This document shows positions 55,557-64,000 of a stretch of DNA of 64,000 nucleotides, piece after piece. The notes beneath the pieces are model-generated. The model was given only the letters and a program-made list of their open reading frames with translations, was not told the origin of the DNA and did no database searches. The number at the start of each line of letters is the position of its first letter. Within the stretch, counting starts at the first letter, position 1. The DNA comes from a virus, in the IMG/VR virus record IMGVR_UViG_3300023296_000646, positions 30,981 to 94,980 of that record, one strand, 5' to 3'. A program made the translations under genes and the position numbers.

Positions 55557-55872
55557 TTGATCTGTTAAACCGTTCTGAATATGATTTTGATAAATCGAAT
55601 GTATCAATCGGAACTTCCATATCAGCAGTCCCATGGCTGATGTTACCATTTGCATTGTCTGATCCAGTTGTGCCTGACGTAGTTTGGGTAGGCGGAAATT
55701 GACCGTTTTGGTAAACCCCATTGCTGTCTGCGTACATTGTATTAAATGTGATTGTATTATCTAACACCTGAATGGTTACAGTCTTATTGCCGTTAAATAG
55801 CCAATATGTGCCTGCAACTACAATAAGAATTAATATAACCCATCCACCACCATCAAATAAAGTATTTTTCAT
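55549..55872 (-). CDS. Membrane-anchored hypothetical protein
   Basis: N-terminal TM; C-terminus FDLSKSYSERF resembles YDLDAEYTKRF of 60836-61096. Confidence 0.5.
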   Translation of the reverse strand: MKNTLFDGGGWVILILIVVAGTYWLFNGNKTVTIQVLDNTITFNTMYADSNGVYQNGQFPPTQTTSGTTGSDNANGNISHGTADMEVPIDTFDLSKSYSERFNRSND

Positions 55873-55968
55873 ATTTTTGTTTTGTAACATCTAGAACAAT
55901 ATGTGTCTGTTCTATGAGTTGATATCCATACGGATATATAATTGTGTATTCTGAAGTAACATAAGATT

Positions 55969-56370
55969 CTACTTAGCTTTCTTTTTCTTACTACCATCGA
56001 ATTTCATATTTATCTTAATGAGTTCCACTTTAGTTATGGTATCTTCTCTAGATTGAGTTGTACTAATGCTAAGTGGAAACGATGGAACACGTTCGTTTCG
56101 TATTAGTTCCTTCATGATAGATCCATTAGGAGTATTTAAAACATCTACAGATACCATAACTTTGCCATCTTCTATCGATGCGTTGTTTATCACATGTGAT
56201 ACCTTATGCAAATTGATTGTCCAAGGATTTGGATCATTCTCATCAAAGGGTTCACCATATCTATTACCCTTATTTATCTGAGAAACAATAGATTCGCATG
56301 CTTCTCTAGAATATATGATCCCAAATTGATTTGGTTTTTCTACTTGAAAAAGGCATACTCGCAAATTCAT
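55969..56370 (-). CDS. Short T4 gp21-like prohead protease homologue, apparently lacking catalytic motifs
   Basis: IYSRE...RYGE...INLHKVSHVI......GKVM....VLNTPNGSIMKELI matches the gp21 core; no ELxHP or SSRG. Confidence 0.65.
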   Translation of the reverse strand: MNLRVCLFQVEKPNQFGIIYSREACESIVSQINKGNRYGEPFDENDPNPWTINLHKVSHVINNASIEDGKVMVSVDVLNTPNGSIMKELIRNERVPSFPLSISTTQSREDTITKVELIKINMKFDGSKKKKAK

Positions 56371-56543
56371 AATTCACCGTCTAAGGTTTTAATTTTTGGA
56401 TCTATTGAGATTTTTCTTCCACAACCATAGCATGTATCAGATGGCCATTTATTATCTAGGTGAACGTGTTTACACTCAGAATTCCATAAATATGTTTTAA
56501 GTATTCCATCAAAACATCGTGTCCACTTACATATGTCTATCAT
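56367..56543 (-). CDS. Small zinc-ribbon protein (58 aa)
   Basis: Manual translation MIDICKW...SECKH...CYGCGRKI. Confidence 0.55.
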   Translation of the reverse strand: MIDICKWTRCFDGILKTYLWNSECKHVHLDNKWPSDTCYGCGRKISIDPKIKTLDGEL

Positions 56544-56724
56544 CGTTCAATAATTGTCTTTCGCTTTGAGTACTGGTAATATACCCATTAAAGTTAGATT
56601 CAAATGTCTTAACTGCATTATCAGCTTCAGTTGATGCCCTATTTGAAGTTGAATTACCAATACAGTTTGCATATACTTTTGCCCACAATCTTAGTTTCAT
56701 TTTATTAAATTCTGATGTTGTCAT
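56527..56724 (-). CDS. Hypothetical protein
   Basis: ORF track. Confidence 0.5.
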   Translation of the reverse strand: MTTSEFNKMKLRLWAKVYANCIGNSTSNRASTEADNAVKTFESNFNGYITSTQSERQLLNDDRHM

Positions 56725-56727
56725 ATT

Positions 56728-57144
56728 TTATTTTATTCCTGTTGAACTTGTGCCTTTAAATTTAAGCTGCACATTAATGGGTTCTTGTTCTTGTGTGAAC
56801 AGTGTGTTTCCGCTCACGCCTCTAAAAATCAGTAATTCTTGATTACTTGAAGTTGTTACTAGAGTTCCAGTTTTAACTTGTGACCACAAAGGATCAATAA
56901 TAGCTCGTTCTTCAACGGCATATTTTTCCCACCATGAATCGTCTTCTACTATAGGTAATTTATTATGGTTGTATGCTGATATAAACGCATATGATAGTGT
57001 AATTCCTACTACGGCATCTATTACTGAGAATCTTAAGAATAATTCAGGAGAGTCAATGTATACTCCTATTATTGAAGTTAACGTAACGTAAAGTAAAATG
57101 TAACATAGAAAATATTTTGAAAAGATATAATCTAGCATAATCAA
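56728..57144 (-). CDS. Hypothetical membrane protein
   Basis: ORF track; two TM segments. Confidence 0.5.
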   Translation of the reverse strand: MIMLDYIFSKYFLCYILLYVTLTSIIGVYIDSPELFLRFSVIDAVVGITLSYAFISAYNHNKLPIVEDDSWWEKYAVEERAIIDPLWSQVKTGTLVTTSSNQELLIFRGVSGNTLFTQEQEPINVQLKFKGTSSTGIK

Positions 57145-57293
57145 TTAACCTCTTCATATTGAAGATTAACACTTCCTATTTCAATAGAACCCTCTGGAAA
57201 TTCCAGATTAGCCAATCTCTTACCAATCTTCAGTCATTGCATATTTTCGTATGTAATCAAATAACTCGGAACTAATACTTTCATTAAGGTACA

Positions 57294-57557
57294 CTACATA
57301 AAAACTTCCGTTCGCTTTACTGTATGTGGAGTTTCTTTAAGTTTGGTTCTTTTCAGTGCAGTTTTAGCACTCTCTTCTGTTATGTACTGTTTAGCATTAT
57401 TCTTAGTAGTACTTAGTGAATATTCAATATATGAATCACGTTGATTTCCCTTGACAGTTTCAACTATATAATGAAACGTATCATCTGTCCCGTTTGTAAC
57501 GAACGCCCTGAATTTACCATTGCTAAGTTCTGATATGAAATATTTTCTGTGCTTCAT
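57294..57557 (-). CDS. Hypothetical protein
   Basis: ORF track. Confidence 0.55.
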   Translation of the reverse strand: MKHRKYFISELSNGKFRAFVTNGTDDTFHYIVETVKGNQRDSYIEYSLSTTKNNAKQYITEESAKTALKRTKLKETPHTVKRTEVFM

Positions 57558-58068
57558 AATTTTTCTATTGGCATCGTATTATATGGTCAATAGGTACTGG
57601 TGCTCCCATATCAAGGCTGCACCATACATAGTGATTACAAACGAAATTGCCTTGATGAATAAATCTACAAGGGTATCTTTACCCCATGCAACAGTCATAA
57701 CTGCAAATATTAGTGTGGCTATCCATACAAATGCTATATAACTCATTGTCTTGTGTGTTTTTGGTTAGACATAACACATAATAAACAAAAAATTACATAA
57801 AGTACACTAATCGACCACTTTAAGAAGGGCTGTCCAATCTTTTGCTAATTTATCTGCCTTAGTGTTGACCATATGTATTTTGAATTTCATATTTTTATAT
57901 AGAAAAGTAAATTATCCATAATACAGTAATTGCAAGTCCTAAAATGAATTTCGCAATTGATGGGCCTCTCTGGGCCCATATAGCTTCAGTATCACATTCA
58001 CGTTCAATTTTTGCAATTACAGGATCTTCGCTATATGTTCGCCTAACTGGCTTTTTAATTCTGTTCAT

Positions 58069-58320
58069 TTAATTGTCTACTACTACTACTACGTTTTCTC
58101 CGTTCACCCATGCTTCTTGGGCATCTCCTGGAGTAAGATCCTTAGATGGTGTAATTTGCTTTGCCACGTGAGCTACATCATCCCAATTCATATTACCAGA
58201 AGCCCAATCACAAATCTCATAATCGTCACTTGGATCACTATCCAATACGATTTTCACTTGACCAACTGCACACGCAAATCCTATAATTAGATATAAGACT
58301 ATCCATAAAAATACCATCAT
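58069..58320 (-). CDS. Hypothetical protein with N-terminal TM
   Basis: ORF track. Confidence 0.5.
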   Translation of the reverse strand: MMVFLWIVLYLIIGFACAVGQVKIVLDSDPSDDYEICDWASGNMNWDDVAHVAKQITPSKDLTPGDAQEAWVNGENVVVVVDN

Positions 58321-58784
58321 TTGTTTAATATTTTTTTAGTTAATATTTTATTGATTTCGTCTACTGACCAACCTTTGAGATATGGATAATATTTCTGCAT
58401 TCCTCTTGCTTCTCTGAAAATCCAATATTCCATCGTGTATTTTGTTTCATTTCCATTTTCAGTAAGATGATTAAGGTATGCTCTACCTTCCACTGCATGA
58501 CTCCATATTTCAATGTGGGCTCTTAAAATCGGTAGCTGACATATTACTGCAGGAAGAATTCCAAATAAGATTAAAAGTGTCCACAACCAATACTCTGCCT
58601 TCTCTTGTTCCATGGTCCATGATGGAGTGTTATCATCATATACTATTCCATAAAATGGGTAATTGCTAGCTTTTCTTTTTCCACGACCTGTAGGTTGTAT
58701 GTCGCCTTCTACTTTATGTAGTAAAAATTTTGGTATCCAAATCATATTTATGCTCACGTTTGTTACATATAAATATAATTGCAA
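58317..58784 (-). CDS. Hypothetical protein
   Basis: ORF track. Confidence 0.55.
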   Translation of the reverse strand: MQLYLYVTNVSINMIWIPKFLLHKVEGDIQPTGRGKRKASNYPFYGIVYDDNTPSWTMEQEKAEYWLWTLLILFGILPAVICQLPILRAHIEIWSHAVEGRAYLNHLTENGNETKYTMEYWIFREARGMQKYYPYLKGWSVDEINKILTKKILNK

Positions 58785-58787
58785 TTG

Positions 58788-59060
58788 TTAATCTCTAATT
58801 GATGTTACCTTTCCAGATTCATCTCTATAGATTTTCCAAAAGTTTTCCATACGTAATGGATCTGAAGATTGAACGACTCTAATAATTTCCGCAGTATCTG
58901 GAACAAGTTCCATATAGCCACCTCTGTAAAAGAATTCATCGTTAAATGTAGATCCCTTTAAAGGATCTTCTACCCACTCATCCTCTAATCGTTTTGAATG
59001 AAATGGTGCTATCCAGTATAACCATACTGAATCTATCATTTTTGCAAATACATATGCCAT
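58788..59060 (-). CDS. Hypothetical protein
   Basis: ORF track. Confidence 0.55.
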   Translation of the reverse strand: MAYVFAKMIDSVWLYWIAPFHSKRLEDEWVEDPLKGSTFNDEFFYRGGYMELVPDTAEIIRVVQSSDPLRMENFWKIYRDESGKVTSIRD

Positions 59061-59063
59061 ATT

Positions 59064-59297
59064 TTACACCTTACAATTTGGTCCTTTACACATTTCCATT
59101 TTACATATTACTCCATCTAAATATGGATTTCCTGAAATTCGTTTTGCACCACATTTCTGGCATTTGTATTCATGGATACCTGGAAATTTAGAAATCTTTC
59201 TAAGCGTTCCGTTACATGTTGTGTTAGTCATATTGTGGCTTTTTAACCTCTTTAAAATTTGGATCGTATTTGGCTTCAACATCAAAGTTAGGATCAC
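59064..59297 (-). CDS. Small Cys-rich (Zn-binding) protein; start uncertain
   Basis: YKCQKCG and further Cys residues. Confidence 0.5.
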   Translation of the reverse strand: MILTLMLKPNTIQILKRLKSHNMTNTTCNGTLRKISKFPGIHEYKCQKCGAKRISGNPYLDGVICKMEMCKGPNCKV

Positions 59298-59715
59298 GTT
59301 CCCAATGTTCCTTTAGATATTTTTCGTCAAGCCATCTAGCAGCATATAGTGCGTGGTGCTCAGTCATACATAAGGAGTTGAATCCGTAAGATGAAGAAGA
59401 CCATGCACCTACAACTCCTTCTTCAATTTGATAGTGGCGTTTAATCCAGCATCCGTATGCTCCATACTTAATACGTGGTTGATCCTTTGCCCATTTCCAT
59501 CTTGATAGTGTAGTATCAATAATGTTAAGCAATTCATCAGACGCACATCTATACACTTCCATTTCTCTCTTACGTTCAAGTGCAGATATATCCATAACTG
59601 GGGCTCCGTGAATCTTAATCCACTCTAAGGTATCTCCCATAGTTAAGACTTTATTTATCCACTTAGAAGTTGGAATACGTTTTTGTTGGAGTTGAGTATT
59701 CATTGTTATACCCAT
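59224..59715 (-). CDS. Hypothetical protein
   Basis: ORF track. Confidence 0.55.
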   Translation of the reverse strand: MGITMNTQLQQKRIPTSKWINKVLTMGDTLEWIKIHGAPVMDISALERKREMEVYRCASDELLNIIDTTLSRWKWAKDQPRIKYGAYGCWIKRHYQIEEGVVGAWSSSSYGFNSLCMTEHHALYAARWLDEKYLKEHWERDPNFDVEAKYDPNFKEVKKPQYD

Positions 59716-60059
59716 TCTAAAATGTCAGAAGGACGAAGTGGAAATCCATACGTATCCTCTACTGGATATGATGTACCTGCCACCTTAGTTCCTATTGTAG
59801 TAACTCCTTTGCCTTCTACGTATCCTAAAATACTATAGTCATTGAAGTAAATTTCGGAAACTCCTCGTACTCTATACGCAATGGAACCATCAAAAATGAA
59901 TTGAGTTCCGATAATGGCTACAGTAACAATTCGTGTTGCCCCTTTGCATCCACGTTCCGCTTCAACAAATCGCCCAACGTTCTTTTCTAATTCGTTTGCT
60001 GGGGTGTCCCAAAGGTGATGAAAGGCATCTTGTTCTTTGTGAGATTTATGAATAGCCAT
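59706..60059 (-). CDS. Hypothetical protein
   Basis: ORF track; SD AAGGA. Confidence 0.55.
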   Translation of the reverse strand: MAIHKSHKEQDAFHHLWDTPANELEKNVGRFVEAERGCKGATRIVTVAIIGTQFIFDGSIAYRVRGVSEIYFNDYSILGYVEGKGVTTIGTKVAGTSYPVEDTYGFPLRPSDILEWV

Positions 60060-60122
60060 TTTCCTTTACACTTTATTAGTTGGTGTGTAGACCAATATAA
60101 CAAAACATATTTAAAAAGTATA

Positions 60123-60512
60123 CTAAACCTCAAATTCCTTTCTTAACATTTCATATTGAGCGCGCTTACTGGATATGTTTCTTGCCTCAACTAATGCCAA
60201 TTGCAATTTTACGTATTCATTACTTATTGCCTGAGTGGTAACTCCAAACTCAACTAAATAACCCCATAGTTCACTAGATACATTTTCATTTCTAATACGT
60301 ATCGGACATTCAGTAATAAAATCTATATCACCTTGTTCATATCCACCATTTGCTTCAATACGTGTCCATGTTCCAGATTTAAAACTAATGTATATGGTGT
60401 TGTAACTACCATATCTAATTTCTCTAACCAATTCTCCCTGAAGAAATTTAGTTTCAAATTCTACAAATGAATCTATTAGGGTATCTCGAATATCTTCTAA
60501 TCTCTTTTTCAT
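60123..60512 (-). CDS. Hypothetical protein
   Basis: ORF track; SD AAGGAG. Confidence 0.6.
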   Translation of the reverse strand: MKKRLEDIRDTLIDSFVEFETKFLQGELVREIRYGSYNTIYISFKSGTWTRIEANGGYEQGDIDFITECPIRIRNENVSSELWGYLVEFGVTTQAISNEYVKLQLALVEARNISSKRAQYEMLRKEFEV

Positions 60513-60578
60513 TACTCCTTTACGTTTTTATTTTCCAGTTTGAACACTCATCAATACAAATTCTATGTTGATACCCAG

Positions 60579-60830
60579 TCATTGTGGCATATTTGGGATT
60601 AGGTATGGAAGACCTACGTTCTGTTTTGTGGTATCTAATGTGTACAACGGTCCCACTTCATCTTGGTGAAAGTGGACAACTATGGAAGATCCCTTTTCAG
60701 TTTCTATAGCACCAAATAATACACGATCTCCATTTACCTTAGATCTTCCACTATGGTACGTTCCAAAGAACTCCGTTTTAGTTGGATTATTTCTACTTAC
60801 TTGTTTACGTAACGCCTGCTGAGAGTTCAT
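60579..60830 (-). CDS. Hypothetical protein
   Basis: ORF track. Confidence 0.5.
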   Translation of the reverse strand: MNSQQALRKQVSRNNPTKTEFFGTYHSGRSKVNGDRVLFGAIETEKGSSIVVHFHQDEVGPLYTLDTTKQNVGLPYLIPNMPQ

Positions 60831-60835
60831 TATCG

Positions 60836-61096
60836 TTAGTTTTTTGGAAATCGTTTTGTGTATTCTGCATCTAGATCATATGGCTCAGGAGATACAATTT
60901 TTGTAGTATCAGTTTGAACTAATGTAGCTTCCGATCTAGTATCTTGCTGTTCAGTTTGAGTAACTTCGTCCTTTGGAGGTTCATTTGACTTTTTGTCGTC
61001 GCTATCGTCTGGCCATATTAGCCATATGAAAAGAATAATCCAAAATATTGGAATTCCGTCTTCGTATAGTCTGTCGCGTTTTCTAAATAAATTCAT
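60836..61096 (-). CDS. Membrane-anchored hypothetical protein
   Basis: N-terminal TM followed by acidic tail. Confidence 0.5.
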   Translation of the reverse strand: MNLFRKRDRLYEDGIPIFWIILFIWLIWPDDSDDKKSNEPPKDEVTQTEQQDTRSEATLVQTDTTKIVSPEPYDLDAEYTKRFPKN

Positions 61097-61258
61097 GTGT
61101 GTTGTGTTTTATAACCATATAAGTCTAATTAGAACAAATAGGGCAAAAATGACTAATGGCAAATATGTAGTAGATACCAATCCGTAAAATCCTATGAAGC
61201 ATATTAGGGCTAGTAATAGTGCTTGGTAAAAATGCTTAGTTTGAGTTTCCATGAAATC

Positions 61259-61288
61259 AATATAAAATAAAATGGGCTAACTTGTCAA
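61259..61288 (-). promoter_or_regulatory. Sigma70-type early promoter
   Basis: Minus strand TTGACA-N18-TATATT just upstream of a small ORF. Confidence 0.6.
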
Positions 61289-61325
61289 TTCTTCAGAATA
61301 ATGAAACGTATGTTCACTTTTCATG

Positions 61326-61649
61326 CTAATATCTCCATCCAGAAACTCGTCCAACACGAATCGTGTACGATATTGGATCTCCTATTTGGTATCGTTCATA
61401 TCTTCCATGACTTACCGACTTTGAATCATCGTGACCATCTAGCGATTTAATGTCAACACTCCATGATGGTGGATGTGACTGAATGTGTGGCATATCATTA
61501 ATATATGTAGTTGTAACATACGCAGGATGATAGTGCTTATCTGTTACCATTCCAGTTTGAGGAATGTCTGGTTGAAATGCACAATCTATCGGAAGGAATA
61601 TAAATATGAATGCCAATAGACATCCAAATAATACAGTTAATACTTTCAT
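61326..61649 (-). CDS. Membrane-anchored hypothetical protein
   Basis: ORF track; N-terminal TM, beta-rich domain. Confidence 0.55.
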   Translation of the reverse strand: MKVLTVLFGCLLAFIFIFLPIDCAFQPDIPQTGMVTDKHYHPAYVTTTYINDMPHIQSHPPSWSVDIKSLDGHDDSKSVSHGRYERYQIGDPISYTIRVGRVSGWRY

Positions 61650-61954
61650 ATCGCGTCGTCTAACTGTTTAGTTGATGGTTTTTCAAAATGAACACATCCA
61701 AAGTCTGTATCTGTTACTAAGCAATATCGGCTTCGTTCTACGTTACCGAAAGGTATCTGATCACTTTGACTTTCAAATCTCTGTTCACCATTTCCCTTTT
61801 CGGAACGGTTACTTCTATCTAGAACTGTAGCTGCAGAATCGTTATGTATTGTAAACTTCCATTTAGCAGAAGTACATATTCCCTTAAAGATTGAATATCC
61901 AATTTCTGCTTGCTCATTTTTCCAATGGGCACAATTTTTACAAATTTCTTTCAT
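61646..61954 (-). CDS. Cys-motif protein (CKNCAHW...GIC...FGCVHF)
   Basis: ORF track; 4-Cys pattern. Confidence 0.55.
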   Translation of the reverse strand: MKEICKNCAHWKNEQAEIGYSIFKGICTSAKWKFTIHNDSAATVLDRSNRSEKGNGEQRFESQSDQIPFGNVERSRYCLVTDTDFGCVHFEKPSTKQLDDAI

Positions 61955-61990
61955 ATGTCAAGCCTAGTGGTTATTTTTTGATATCCGGAT

Positions 61991-62227
61991 TCACTTATCG
62001 TCTCCTGTCACAATTGCACCAATTGCAGCAACTAATCCACCTACTAATAGATGGGCAAATGTTGCATTGTCAAATAGTCCCAAAGCTAGCATGCGATAAA
62101 ACGCAAAAATAACTGAAGGGGCTGAAATGATAATGGCAATTACTTTTGTGTTATGGGCTATTTTAGCTGTCATCTTTTTGTTTTGTTTTAGAGCGTTCGT
62201 TCTTTTCCCACAAATTGGGCTTTCCAC
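61991..62227 (-). CDS. Small 2-TM protein
   Basis: ORF track. Confidence 0.5.
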   Translation of the reverse strand: MESPICGKRTNALKQNKKMTAKIAHNTKVIAIIISAPSVIFAFYRMLALGLFDNATFAHLLVGGLVAAIGAIVTGDDK

Positions 62228-62403
62228 GCAGGATCTTTTTGTTTTTCGATTAATGTTGCGTATGCATCATTGTATGCGTGTCTCATAAGATCAATTTCAA
62301 AATTTAGTTCTTCTACTTGATCCTTTTTATCTGCGATCTTTGTCATCAAAGATCTAGTTTTAGTTTGAAGTGCTGGAATTGATAAGTTTTCGTTATGGTG
62401 CAT
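62188..62403 (-). CDS. Small coiled-coil protein
   Basis: ORF track. Confidence 0.5.
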   Translation of the reverse strand: MHHNENLSIPALQTKTRSLMTKIADKKDQVEELNFEIDLMRHAYNDAYATLIEKQKDPAWKAQFVGKERTL

Positions 62404-62430
62404 TATGAATCTAATGTAATAAATTTTTAA

Positions 62431-62667
62431 CTAGTAAGTTCTATTTTCCGATTGTTCTTCTTTAGATAACTCTGAAATTTTTCTATCAGTTAATATTGGT
62501 GTAACGGTTAGATTGTTAATAGTTGGAGGTCCTGTAGGATATCCAGTGTTTTCATACCATCCAATCACAACACTCTCACCACCTTCAGAATATTCTAAAG
62601 ATCGTGCCCTAGTAAGTGCTTCTATCAATCCGTCTACTTGTATAAATGAAAGTTTAAATTCTGGCAT
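62431..62667 (-). CDS. Hypothetical protein
   Basis: ORF track. Confidence 0.5.
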   Translation of the reverse strand: MPEFKLSFIQVDGLIEALTRARSLEYSEGGESVVIGWYENTGYPTGPPTINNLTVTPILTDRKISELSKEEQSENRTY

Positions 62668-62672
62668 AATCT

Positions 62673-63029
62673 TTATGTGATACTTGTAAAGATAAAAACA
62701 GTAGGTTCTGGTACTATTCCGTTTTCTGGTATTTTAAACAATTGTCTATACCGATTCATTATTGCGGTTGGATCTTCTAACGTTTTCATGGCTTGAGTGA
62801 TGTCAAACGGATCCCATGAATAATATTTACCACCATCCTCTTGTGCAAGAATTTTTCCAAATACTGGAGTGCCGTGCTCACCTGTGATTAGACTAAAGTC
62901 TTCGCCGATATGTCCCTCAATCATAGGTAAGAATTCATCATCCCAAAAATCAATTTCGTTACCTTCGTAATCTTCCGTCAGTTCCAGTTGATATCCATGT
63001 ACAATATAATCTGTTCTGTCAACTCCCAT
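62673..63029 (-). CDS. Hypothetical acidic protein
   Basis: ORF track. Confidence 0.6.
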   Translation of the reverse strand: MGVDRTDYIVHGYQLELTEDYEGNEIDFWDDEFLPMIEGHIGEDFSLITGEHGTPVFGKILAQEDGGKYYSWDPFDITQAMKTLEDPTAIMNRYRQLFKIPENGIVPEPTVFIFTSIT

Positions 63030-63255
63030 CTTGTTCGTCCCCTATTTGCTTTAGAATAAAGTCTTTTACATATAGACATAACAGAATAGGAAGTCCAACG
63101 AACCAAAAAACTGATAGCTGAGCTTCGCCCTTGTGTGGTCTTTCAGTTCGTCGACTCGTGTCAAGTCCATGATAGTTTCTAAAAAGTCCCATATGGACTC
63201 CTGCCATTGTTGCATATGCAACAATTATTATAAGTATGATTAATAGAATTGTCAT
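63019..63255 (-). CDS. Small 2-TM protein
   Basis: ORF track. Confidence 0.5.
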   Translation of the reverse strand: MTILLIILIIIVAYATMAGVHMGLFRNYHGLDTSRRTERPHKGEAQLSVFWFVGLPILLCLYVKDFILKQIGDEQDGS

Positions 63256-63560
63256 TTTTTAGTATTTCCTCTAATTTTATCAATAGCCCGTTGAATATTA
63301 TCGTCACGATTTTTAGCGTATGGTGCACATTCGTTTCGTAGGCGTTCAAGCGCCCGTTCTGGAACTAAATACTTATCAAACTTCATAAGTGTAAGTAGGT
63401 TAAGCATTACTATAGGAGAATCTGTTTTGAATTGTTCTCCGGCCATATGATGGTCAAACGTATCTGTCTTTGTTTGAATCATGCATACCAACGTACTGTC
63501 AAGATATTTCAAAACATATACGTTGCTATCATCTCCAATTCTACAATAAGTCATATTCAC
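63252..63560 (-). CDS. Hypothetical protein
   Basis: MTYCRIGDDSNVYV...VPERALERL. Confidence 0.55.
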   Translation of the reverse strand: MNMTYCRIGDDSNVYVLKYLDSTLVCMIQTKTDTFDHHMAGEQFKTDSPIVMLNLLTLMKFDKYLVPERALERLRNECAPYAKNRDDNIQRAIDKIRGNTKK

Positions 63561-63562
63561 AG

Positions 63563-63979
63563 TTACCAGTCTATATTAATTACGTATTCACCTGAGTCCA
63601 AAAATCCTTTCGTGTGCAAATCGTTAGCAAGTGTCATAACGTCTGGGTAAAAATTCCGTTCCCAAAATAATCTTAAATGAAAATGTTCCATAGTAGATTC
63701 GTCTACCACATCAACCCCCAACCATTCAGTTGGGCTACGGGCTAACCAATTTACGAACTTAACACCCATTTCATCCCCGTTAACTACCTCTGGGATAGAC
63801 TCAGGGTAACATTCGTCCATTTCAGGATATTTCTCAGGCACATTTAATGCGAAAGTACCACGATTCCTACAACCTTCTTGCTGTTGAAAATTATAGATCC
63901 GACAGTACACATCAGTGACTAGGCGATCCCATTCAGCACACTCAACCATCGTTACCAATTCTGTCTTTAATTTTTTCAT
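63563..63979 (-). CDS. Hypothetical protein
   Basis: ORF track; YNFQQQEGC...FWERNFYP. Confidence 0.6.
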   Translation of the reverse strand: MKKLKTELVTMVECAEWDRLVTDVYCRIYNFQQQEGCRNRGTFALNVPEKYPEMDECYPESIPEVVNGDEMGVKFVNWLARSPTEWLGVDVVDESTMEHFHLRLFWERNFYPDVMTLANDLHTKGFLDSGEYVINIDW

Positions 63980-64000
63980 CCTTTTTGTGATTTGTTAGGT

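Noticed and set aside
57141-57284. ORF with in-frame TGA (MKVLVPSYLITYENMQ*LKIG...) as opal read-through or selenoprotein
   Set aside because: Short, with a competing overlapping frame, no recognisable family, and no SECIS or opal tRNA seen; more likely decay or chance
57743-57890. Small ORF with internal TAG (MKFKIHMV...VVD*CTLC) as another amber-gated gene
   Set aside because: Read-through adds only 13 residues, and a +1 frame gives a better coupled C-terminus, so it is ambiguous and probably a frameshifted remnant
73-63650. Plus-strand ORFs in the supplied track (e.g. 1658-2260, 8572-8976, 12829-13356)
   Set aside because: They are antisense shadows of well-supported minus-strand genes, with no motifs or start signals
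1-64000. Genome-wide TAG reassignment (code 15)
   Set aside because: Long genes are intact in the standard code, and conserved proteins end at TAG at their expected C-termini (terminase, Rad50, dUTPase)

Overview
AT-rich segment of a large T4-like (contractile-tail) bacteriophage genome, with almost all genes on the minus strand. 1-38.7 kb is a late/structural and replication block: gp20-like portal (runs off the window), gp17-like terminase large subunit, a modular 804-aa probable head-packaged polyprotein, a 3008-aa Ser-rich tail fibre-type protein, a fused Mre11-Rad50 (gp47-gp46), primase, T7-endoI-like nuclease, baseplate genes (gp6-, gp25-, gp5-like) and a gp55-like late sigma factor. 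38.7-51.5 kb is an accessory block (tmRNA, SleB-like hydrolase, peptide deformylase, HD protein, thioredoxin, dUTPase, VWA, metallophosphoesterase). 51.7-64 kb is a dense run of small early-type hypothetical genes. The most striking locus is 46.5-49.3 kb. It has a tRNA with a CUA (amber suppressor) anticodon in a genome that otherwise uses TAG as a stop. Directly downstream lie a small ORF with an in-frame TAG and a Pth2-family peptidyl-tRNA hydrolase gene whose apparent true start reads ATG-ACA-TAG, so full-length Pth should need amber read-through. The locus also carries two copies of a covarying three-way-junction RNA leader, in front of a VWA gene and a Zn-ribbon gene. All calls come from reading motifs by eye; no database searches were run.
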